Assembly (NCBI GenBank): GCA_013360875.1
Contig: JABWAU010000001.1
Location: 40,835 to 104,834, forward strand
Origin: Anaerolineales bacterium
Lineage (GTDB): Bacteria; Chloroflexota; Anaerolineae; Anaerolineales; Villigracilaceae
Length of the DNA: 64,000 bases
Reading direction: 5' to 3'
Part shown: in pieces, positions 57,994-64,000 of the stretch
Numbering within the stretch: the stretch's first letter is position 1
Layout: the number at the start of each line of letters is the position of its first letter
Notes under the pieces: model-generated
Told to the model about the DNA's origin: nothing
The model's input: the letters and a program-made list of their open reading frames with translations, nothing else
Databases searched by the model: none
Position numbers and translations under genes: made by a program

Positions 57994-59045
57994 CCAGTAG
58001 AAAATCCTTTTGGTGGGGATTGGCGCTCCTCCTGGTCATGGCGTGCGCGCCTTCGATGGTCACGCCCGTCCCTCCACTCGACCCTCACGCCATCAACACA
58101 TCCATCGCGCAAACTGCGGAAGCCGCCTCCACACAGACGCAGGCGGCAATCCCGGACACTCCCACCGTCACCGCCACGTTACGAAATACCTTCACGCCCG
58201 AACCCACATTTACTGGCGTGCCCGTCATCGTCTTTCCCACACTAACGCCCATCCAGCGGGTCCAATACTTCCGCGTCAAACACGACAGCCAGCTGGCGAT
58301 CTACAATTACAGGTCCCGCACAGCCGCCGCCGACTGGGGAGGCGTTGACCTTTTCACTCCCGAGGTGGTGCCGATGTATCTCACCCCGCATCCGGCAGGC
58401 GGAACCTACTCGACCGTCCTGAACGGGAATTGGGAGATCTACATTGACTCCCTCAACGGAAACCACAAACAAAAACTCAGGTACCTCAAAGCGGACAACA
58501 CGGCTCTATTCGACCACAAGGGATTCCCCCACCTGGAAAGCCTGACCATGGGCGGCAACCTCGTCACCCTTTCTGAAATAAAAGACGGATGGGGCAGGGT
58601 CAACACGATTAGTTTCAGCCAGCCCGGCGCCCTCAAGGAGGTGAACTACGTGACGAGACCCGACATAGTGCATAAATTCGTCGTGGTCGCCTGGAACAAA
58701 CAAACGAGGAAAACCTTCTGGGTGGATCCTCCGCCGGGCGCCATATACTGGCCCCTGGTCACCGATCGAGCGGCATGGATCCCCATGGACCGCCTCGAAC
58801 CGTTCCCCATCCTGCCCATGACCGTCACGGCAAAGGCCGCGCAGCCGATCAGAAAAACACCGGCTGTGAACGGCGAAGAGACCGGGAGCGAATTTGCTGA
58901 AGGGGAAACCGGGCAGATCGTCGAGTATTTCCCCTCCGCTTCCAACGTTTGGGGCAGGCTTCGCGGCGGAGGCTGGATCGCTTTGACCCTCCATTGGAAA
59001 TATCTCACCGACTGGTCAATGGAGACCCTTCCACCCCCGCCCTGA
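57990..59045 (+). CDS. Hypothetical secreted/lipoprotein with Thr/Pro linker and C-terminal SH3b-like segment
   Basis: ATGA overlap with ywbE. Signal LALLLVMACAPS. C-terminus GQIVEYFPSASNVWGRLRGGGWIAL. Confidence 0.5.
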   Translation: MTSRKSFWWGLALLLVMACAPSMVTPVPPLDPHAINTSIAQTAEAASTQTQAAIPDTPTVTATLRNTFTPEPTFTGVPVIVFPTLTPIQRVQYFRVKHDSQLAIYNYRSRTAAADWGGVDLFTPEVVPMYLTPHPAGGTYSTVLNGNWEIYIDSLNGNHKQKLRYLKADNTALFDHKGFPHLESLTMGGNLVTLSEIKDGWGRVNTISFSQPGALKEVNYVTRPDIVHKFVVVAWNKQTRKTFWVDPPPGAIYWPLVTDRAAWIPMDRLEPFPILPMTVTAKAAQPIRKTPAVNGEETGSEFAEGETGQIVEYFPSASNVWGRLRGGGWIALTLHWKYLTDWSMETLPPPP

Positions 59046-59069
59046 TTTTCAAATGGCCAAGGTAATAAA

Positions 59070-59140
59070 CGTCGGTTCTGGATAAGGATGCGCCGGCGCT
59101 TTTTACACGGATAACGCGGAGCAGACGGAAAATTCCGTGA
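59070..59140 (+). repeat. Dispersed ~70-bp element, copy 2
   Basis: CGTCGGTTCTGGATAAGGATGCGCCGGCGCTTTTTACACGGATAACGCGGAGCAGACGGAAAATTCC, 25 nt after the stop at 59045. Confidence 0.7.
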
Positions 59141-59210
59141 AAAATACGGAAGGATTCCGTGTCGTCCGTGCAGTCCGTGTCCAGAAACCGCCAAGCCCCA
59201 GAGAGCCGGT

Positions 59211-59241
59211 AAAAAAAGCCTCCCTCGAATATGAGGGAGGC
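59211..59241 (-). terminator. Rho-independent terminator of the recG-coaD-coiled-coil gene string
   Basis: Perfect 9-bp stem GCCTCCCTC/GAGGGAGGC with a 6-nt loop, followed on the minus strand by T7 (A7 at 59211-59217). Confidence 0.8.
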
Positions 59242-59265
59242 TTCTGCGTGTTTGGCGAACGGCGA

Positions 59266-59748
59266 TCAAGTATCCTCGCTTTGCGAAACGGAGGCTCTCC
59301 TTACCTGTTCGTCCTTCAAAAGGCGGATCCCATTGACCACCTGGTTCGAAATCCGTTCCAGTTCATCGCGGAGTTGCGAAAGGCTGTTCAGGGCGTACTC
59401 GTCCGCGTCCGCGCGGATGTTTTCCGCCTCCACGCGCGCCTGCGCGACGATCTGTTCCGCGCGGCGCTGCGCCTCCTGCGCCACCGAGTCCTTCATCACG
59501 AGCTGGTCGGCTTTCTGGCGGGCGAGTTCGAGCGTGCGGTTTGCCTCCTCCTGCGCCTGCGCCAGCACGCGGTCGCGTTGACCGAGCAATTGCTGCGCCT
59601 TCTTCACCTCCTCCGGGATGGCGATGCGCATCTGGTCAATGATGTCCAACATGCGGTCCTCGTCCACCATCACGTTGCGGGTGAGGGGAATGGACTTGCT
59701 CTCGTTGAAGAGTTCCTCGAGGCGGTCAATCAGTTGCAGGATATCCAT
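59266..59748 (-). CDS. Coiled-coil protein (DivIVA / ATP-synthase-b-like heptad repeats), function unclear
   Basis: GGAGG 6 nt upstream of ATG 59748. Long charged helix QAQEEANRTLELARQKADQL. Confidence 0.45.
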   Translation of the reverse strand: MDILQLIDRLEELFNESKSIPLTRNVMVDEDRMLDIIDQMRIAIPEEVKKAQQLLGQRDRVLAQAQEEANRTLELARQKADQLVMKDSVAQEAQRRAEQIVAQARVEAENIRADADEYALNSLSQLRDELERISNQVVNGIRLLKDEQVRRASVSQSEDT

Positions 59749-59823
59749 GGGATGCCTCCGTAAACCGGATGACTTCAATTCTATCTCAAATTCAGGCAGG
59801 TCGGATTGGCAATCCGACCGGCT

Positions 59824-60342
59824 TTAATCCCTCAACGCGTTGGGAGGTGAATGTCCATCGTCCATGTGGCTGACCTTTTCCTTGAGCGCGCCATGCACGT
59901 GCGGCGGGACCATGCTGGAAACATCGCCGTTGAGCATGGCAATCTCCTTGACCGTGCTGGAGGAAAGGAAGGTATGCTCCTCCGCCGTGATCAGCGCGAC
60001 GATCTCAATGTCCGAAGCGAGGCGATGATTCGCCAACGCCATGCGGAACTCGAACTCGAAATCGGAAAAAACGCGCAAACCGCGTACGATGACGTCCGCG
60101 TCAATTTTGCGCGCGAACTCGACAGTGAGCCCGCTGTAACCCGTGACCTTGATCTTGGGATTATCCTTGAACGCCTCGGTGACAAGGGCAATGCGTTCTT
60201 CGGGCGTGAAGGTCAGAGATTTCAAGGGCTTGTCATAGACCGCCATTACCACTTCATCGAAGAGGCGCGCGGCGCGTTCGGCGATGTCTATGTGACCGTA
60301 ATGGATCGGATCGAATGTTCCGGGGAATAGGGCTCGCACCAT
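59824..60342 (-). CDS. coaD: Phosphopantetheine adenylyltransferase
   Basis: FPGTFDPIHYGHIDI (T/HxGH motif). Confidence 0.9.
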   Translation of the reverse strand: MVRALFPGTFDPIHYGHIDIAERAARLFDEVVMAVYDKPLKSLTFTPEERIALVTEAFKDNPKIKVTGYSGLTVEFARKIDADVIVRGLRVFSDFEFEFRMALANHRLASDIEIVALITAEEHTFLSSSTVKEIAMLNGDVSSMVPPHVHGALKEKVSHMDDGHSPPNALRD

Positions 60343-60486
60343 TTTAGTCTGAGAGTCTCCTGGCTTTATAGTCTGATCGTCTTTTGGTCTGGTGGTCTTA
60401 TAGTCTGATGGTCTGATGGTTTTATGGTTTCCGAGTTCATTGGCAGCGCCTTCATTAATTCGACTATCAGACTATCCGACTCCCCA
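60343..60486. repeat. Octanucleotide array: about 11 x (NNNNGTCT) followed by 3 inverted AGACT-type units
   Basis: TTTAGTCT GAGAGTCT CCTGGCTT TATAGTCT GATCGTCT TTTGGTCT GGTGGTCT TATAGTCT GATGGTCT GATGGTTT TATGGTTT ... ACTATCAG ACTATCCG ACTCCCCA. Fills the whole recG-coaD spacer. Confidence 0.8.
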
Positions 60487-60487
60487 A

Positions 60488-63025
60488 CTAACTCACGTCC
60501 CCCTTGCCTTCGCCCCAGAACCTTCGGAGGGCTTCGGCAAGCAGGGCGTGCTCGGGCTGGGACAAATCCGCGTCTTTCTCAAAGACGGCTTGCGCCTGCG
60601 CCCGGGCTTTTTCTATCAACTTGATGTCGGTGATGCTCGCCATGCGCAGGCTCGACGTAAACCCCGCCTGGCGCGTGCCGAGGAATTCGCCGGGACCGCG
60701 GATCTGCAAATCCTTCTCGGCGAGGAAGAAACCGTCGTTCGATTCAGCCAGGGCTTGCAGGCGTTCGTTCTCCGTTGCATCTTCGTGCGTCGGAATTAAC
60801 AGGCAATACGATTGATCCGCGCCGCGCCCGACGCGACCGCGTAATTGATGCAATTGGGCGAGACCAAACCTATCCGCGCCTTCGATGAGCATGACCGTCG
60901 CGTTCGGCACGTCCACGCCGACTTCGACAACCGTCGTCGAAACGAGGATGTCATATTGCTTGTCGCGGAATTTGAGCATGACCTCGTCTTTTTCGGCGGG
61001 GCGCATTTTGCCGTGCAACAATCCCAATCTCAAATCGGGGAAGACCTCCTTCGAGAGTGTTTCGTAATCGTCCACAGCGGCGCGGGCTTCGATCTTTTCG
61101 CTCTCCTCGATAAGCGGATAGATGATGAATGCCTGTTTGCCGTCCTTGATCTGCCCGCGAATCAAGGTGAAGGCGCGCTCGCGTTCCTGCGGACGCAACA
61201 CATAGGTGTGGATGGGCTGCCGCCCCGCGGGCATCTCGTCCATGACGGAGATGTCGAGATCGCCGTAAAGGGTAAGGGCAAGGGAGCGCGGGATCGGAGT
61301 GGCAGTCATCACCAGCAGGTGGGGGTTCGTTCCCTTGCTTCGTAATTCAGCGCGTTGCTCGACGCCGAAGCGATGTTGTTCGTCAATGACGACGAGTTGC
61401 AGGTCGGCGAATTGCACGGGCTGTTCGATGACCGCGTGCGTGCCGATCACGATTTTGACGGTGTTGTTCGCGAGACCGTTGCGAATCTCCTCTTTTTCCG
61501 AATCGGGGGTATCGCCGGTCAGCAAGCGAATGGTTTGGTTCACAGGGGCTTGCCCCCGCGAACCCGCCAGCAAGTTGACTGAATCCATGAATAACCTGGT
61601 GAAGTTGCGATAATGCTGTTCCGCAAGTATGGAGGTGGGCGCCATGATCGCGGCTTGCGAAGTCTCCGCAGGAGGCGCGCCGCTGCTTGTAATGATCGCG
61701 GCGGCCAGCGCGGCGACGACGGTTTTTCCCGAACCCACGTCGCCTTGCAGGAGCCGGTTCATGGGCTTGCCGGAGTCGAGGTCGCGGCGGATGTCTGCAA
61801 GGGCGCGTTCCTGCGCGGAGGTCAGGGTGAAGGGAAGGCTTTTCTTTAGCGCATCCAGCCACTCGTCCGAGATGGAGAAGCGCCGCCCGTCCACAGTGAG
61901 CCAGTCCCGCCGCTGTCGCAGAACACCCATTTGCAGGTAGAAGATTTCGTCGAAGGCGAGGCGTTCACGCGCGGCTTTGAGTTTTTCCTGCGAGTCGGGA
62001 AAGTGAACTTGCAATAACGCCTCGCCCAGCGGCATCACGTTTGCAGAGTTGCGAACATCGTCGGGCAGGGCGTCCGCGACTGCAGGCGCCCAATAGGTGA
62101 CGACCTGCTTCATCAGGTTGCGAAGCCATTTTTGCGTGACGCGTTCGGTGAGCGAATAGATCGGCACGATGCGATTCGTGTGCAGGTTTTCGACTTCGAC
62201 GGGCTCCCAATCGGGGTTGTTCATCACGAGGCGGCCGAGATACTGATCCACCCTGCCCGAAACGGAAATGGCGTCGCCCACCTTGAATCGATTCGCAAGC
62301 CAGGGTTGGTTGAAATAGGTCAAACGGATCGCGCCCGTGCCGTCGCTGATGATGGTTTCGATGATCGAAGCCTTGCCGCCGCGGATGGGCCGCGTATGCA
62401 CGCTTTGGATCGTGCCGATCACCGTGACCTGTTCGCCGTAGAATAAATTCTTGATGGGTTTGAGTTGCGAGTAATCGTCGTAACGGCGCGGGAAGTAATA
62501 GAGCATGTCGCCGAGCGTGTGCATGCCGAGTCTGGCGAGGGTCTCTGCGTAGCGCGGTCCGACTCCCTGAAGGACGGTGAGTTTGGCGTCGAGCGCGGCG
62601 GGGGTTGCCGAGGTGCGCGCGCCTGCGACGGCTTCGGAACGAGGTGGCGCAATGGGACGCGGCTTATGTTCGCGCGGTTGCGCTTCCTGGCCGGGTGGAC
62701 GTTCCGCCTGGGCTTGAGGTTGGGGCTGAGGCTGAACAGGACGCGGCTTTGGTTGCGATTTTTGTTGAGTTTCTGGATACGTCTCCCCGATCCTTTTCCA
62801 CAAACCTTTCAACGCGTCGGCGCGTGACTGGGAGCTGAGTCCGTCATACGAGCGGAGGCGCTGCACCACAGCCTGGATGATCTCCTCCTGGATGCCGTCT
62901 GCGCGCGCTTCCCCTTCCCAGAAATCGAGCATTTTGGCTAACCCACCGATGATGGCGGTGTTGCTGTATCCGTTCTCATGTTCGAGACGGAAGAATTTGC
63001 GTAGTTTGTCCAATGAGGGCTGCAT
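60488..63025 (-). CDS. recG: ATP-dependent DNA helicase RecG with ~150-aa N-terminal extension
   Basis: GDVGSGKT Walker A, DEQHRFG, QLRGRVGRG, and wedge-domain region GEQVTVIGTI. Confidence 0.9.
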   Translation of the reverse strand: MQPSLDKLRKFFRLEHENGYSNTAIIGGLAKMLDFWEGEARADGIQEEIIQAVVQRLRSYDGLSSQSRADALKGLWKRIGETYPETQQKSQPKPRPVQPQPQPQAQAERPPGQEAQPREHKPRPIAPPRSEAVAGARTSATPAALDAKLTVLQGVGPRYAETLARLGMHTLGDMLYYFPRRYDDYSQLKPIKNLFYGEQVTVIGTIQSVHTRPIRGGKASIIETIISDGTGAIRLTYFNQPWLANRFKVGDAISVSGRVDQYLGRLVMNNPDWEPVEVENLHTNRIVPIYSLTERVTQKWLRNLMKQVVTYWAPAVADALPDDVRNSANVMPLGEALLQVHFPDSQEKLKAARERLAFDEIFYLQMGVLRQRRDWLTVDGRRFSISDEWLDALKKSLPFTLTSAQERALADIRRDLDSGKPMNRLLQGDVGSGKTVVAALAAAIITSSGAPPAETSQAAIMAPTSILAEQHYRNFTRLFMDSVNLLAGSRGQAPVNQTIRLLTGDTPDSEKEEIRNGLANNTVKIVIGTHAVIEQPVQFADLQLVVIDEQHRFGVEQRAELRSKGTNPHLLVMTATPIPRSLALTLYGDLDISVMDEMPAGRQPIHTYVLRPQERERAFTLIRGQIKDGKQAFIIYPLIEESEKIEARAAVDDYETLSKEVFPDLRLGLLHGKMRPAEKDEVMLKFRDKQYDILVSTTVVEVGVDVPNATVMLIEGADRFGLAQLHQLRGRVGRGADQSYCLLIPTHEDATENERLQALAESNDGFFLAEKDLQIRGPGEFLGTRQAGFTSSLRMASITDIKLIEKARAQAQAVFEKDADLSQPEHALLAEALRRFWGEGKGDVS

Positions 63026-63282
63026 GAAGATATTTTATCATGGGGGAATCAAGGACTTCCGAATTCGTGGGAATGGATGTTACCGAGTTCGATCAATCCG
63101 CTCCAGTTGATTTCGGATGCCTTTTGCGGGATTGGGGGGGAATTATGGCGCGCCACATCGCCGACGGTATGCCAATATCCCGCTCCGCGAATCCCCGTCA
63201 ATTCAGACCGCCATGAGCGCCGACTTTCCCATCGAAACCCCGCCGTCCCGTATGTGTTTTATAAGACGAGCATCCAGAAGCG

Positions 63283-63311
63283 TTGACTTGACTATTTTGG
63301 CGTTGTACAAT
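63283..63311 (+). promoter_or_regulatory. Sigma70-type promoter candidate: TTGACT - 17 nt - TACAAT
   Basis: TTGACT at 63283-63288 and TACAAT at 63306-63311. Precedes the structured leader/sRNA candidate. Confidence 0.5.
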
Positions 63312-63317
63312 GAATTC

Positions 63318-63460
63318 ATAATCAGGGAGTAGCGCCTGCCCGGGTCGTACCCGCGCAGGGCAGATGATCGTCAGGACGGAGCGCGCGACCACACGCTCCC
63401 GGTCATCTGCACGTGCTCGATACGTTCGCGAGACTGCCAGTGCGGTGGTTTCGCGTTTTT
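63318..63460 (+). ncRNA. Candidate ~140-nt structured RNA (sRNA or cis-regulatory leader), class unknown
   Basis: Bounded by the promoter at 63283-63311 and the terminator at 63427-63460. Contains hairpins 63336-63363 and 63361-63409 that share nucleotides 63361-63363. Confidence 0.3.
63427..63460 (+). terminator. Intrinsic terminator/attenuator hairpin ahead of the micro-ORF and glgC
   Basis: CGCGAGA...TTTCGCG stem (one G:U) enclosing CCA/TGG, followed by TTTTTATTAT. Confidence 0.5.
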
Positions 63461-63486
63461 ATTATCGAAGAGACAAGGAGGCAGAG

Positions 63487-63594
63487 ATGAAACTTCACAT
63501 ATTCTTTGCGCTGATAGACGCGCTGATTTTGCTGGCATATCCGTTCGTTTTCATTCTGGCAAAAGCGCGCCGGCTTTTTGGTTTTAAGAGATAA
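63487..63594 (+). CDS. Candidate 35-aa hydrophobic micro-protein
   Basis: AAGGAGG lies 6 nt upstream of the ATG. MKLHIFFALIDALILLAYPFVFILAKARRLFGFKR is one TM helix with a basic tail. Could be spurious. Confidence 0.3.
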   Translation: MKLHIFFALIDALILLAYPFVFILAKARRLFGFKR

Positions 63595-63606
63595 TAGCGC
63601 CATCAT

Positions 63607-63693
63607 GTCGTTGCGAGGAGGCAATCCGCCGCGCGGTATGCCCCAACTCGATGGGGAGGTTGCCTCGTCGCGGCAAACGCTCCCTGCGATGAC
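63607..63693. mobile_element. MITE-like palindromic element (termini GTCGTTGCGAGG / CCTGCGATGAC)
   Basis: Variant of the CGTCATTGCGAGG family. Internal GAGGCAA...TTGCCTC pairing. Lies between the micro-ORF and glgC. Confidence 0.6.
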
Positions 63694-63713
63694 GGAATCC
63701 AAGGAGGTTTGCC

Positions 63714-64000
63714 ATGCCGTCAATGAACGATGTACTGGGAGTCATCATGGGAGGCGGGCGGGGATCGCGCCTGCACCCACTCACCCAGTTGCGCTCGAAG
63801 CCCGCCGTGCCGATCGCGGGGAAATACCGCCTGATTGACATTCCCATCAGCAATTGCATCAACTCGGGGATCTATCGCATTGCGGTTCTGACACAGTTCA
63901 ATTCTGTCTCGCTCCACCGGCACATTTCCCAAGCCTACAACTTCGACGTGTTCCACACCGGCTGGGTGCAGATCTGGGCGGCGGAGCAGACGCCCCAGAG
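63714..64000 (+). CDS. glgC: Glucose-1-phosphate adenylyltransferase, N-terminal part; 3' end lies outside the window
   Basis: My own translation: [62 protein letters not shown]. Confidence 0.85.
   Translation, partial: MPSMNDVLGVIMGGGRGSRLHPLTQLRSKPAVPIAGKYRLIDIPISNCINSGIYRIAVLTQFNSVSLHRHISQAYNFDVFHTGWVQIWAAEQTPQ

Noticed and set aside
59137-59763. 208-aa plus-strand ORF overlapping the coiled-coil gene
   Set aside because: It is antisense to an ORF that has a strong GGAGG SD and a perfect downstream terminator. Its translation is Leu/Arg-rich low-complexity mirror sequence.
63318-63460. SRP (4.5S) RNA, because of GGCAGATGA and GTCAGGAC strings
   Set aside because: There is no GNRA-capped helix-8 with the conserved AGCAGC/GGAA symmetric-loop arrangement, and the strings are in the wrong order. 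I treat it as an unknown structured RNA.
1-64000. tRNA, rRNA, tmRNA, RNase P RNA or transposase/integrase genes
   Set aside because: I found no GGTTCGAATCC-like T-loop boxes with matching acceptor stems, no rRNA-like conserved strings, and no DDE/tyrosine recombinase-like ORFs. All spacers longer than 150 bp were inspected by eye only, so small RNAs could be missed.

Overview
GC-rich (roughly 60% by eye, not computed), densely coded bacterial chromosomal segment. I call 57 CDS, mostly on the + strand. Gene content and repeat flora look Chloroflexota/Anaerolineae-like (inference). Layout in order: (1) lepA 3' end. (2) A ~19.5 kb envelope-glycosylation supercluster: flippase-like protein, rhomboid, epimerase, GT4, two SAM methyltransferases, and four polytopic GT-C-like proteins including a 1622-aa fusion and an 818-aa Chlor_Arch_YYY/DUF2298 protein. 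It is interrupted by an AT-rich islet with a HEPN-like ORF and by a vapBC pair. (3) cmk-plsC-plsC. (4) A large multidomain sensor kinase. (5) Two tandem KimA-like K+ importers followed by two TrkA/RCK genes. (6) rpmH-rnpA-yidD-(PQQ propeller)-yidC-jag, a pfkB kinase, parA-parB. (7) An amidohydrolase. (8) A signalling block with no pilus platform genes: MshEN-domain kinase, GAF kinase, OmpR regulator, REC-TadZ/CpaE, small coupled ORF, CpaF/TadA ATPase, double-HTH, TPR, GNAT, two V4R proteins. (9) alpha/beta hydrolase, GH63-like hydrolase, MaoC, PBP1A, ywbE, coaD, recG, glgC 5' end. I saw no rRNA, tRNA, CRISPR, transposase or phage genes. The least explained signal is non-genic. There are many short 7-bp and 8-bp periodic arrays, several in frame inside the membrane glycosyltransferase genes or abutting start codons. 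There are also MITE/REP-like palindromic families in intercistronic spacers, and one promoter-to-terminator structured RNA candidate. All family calls rest on motif recognition by eye; no searches or folding programs were run.
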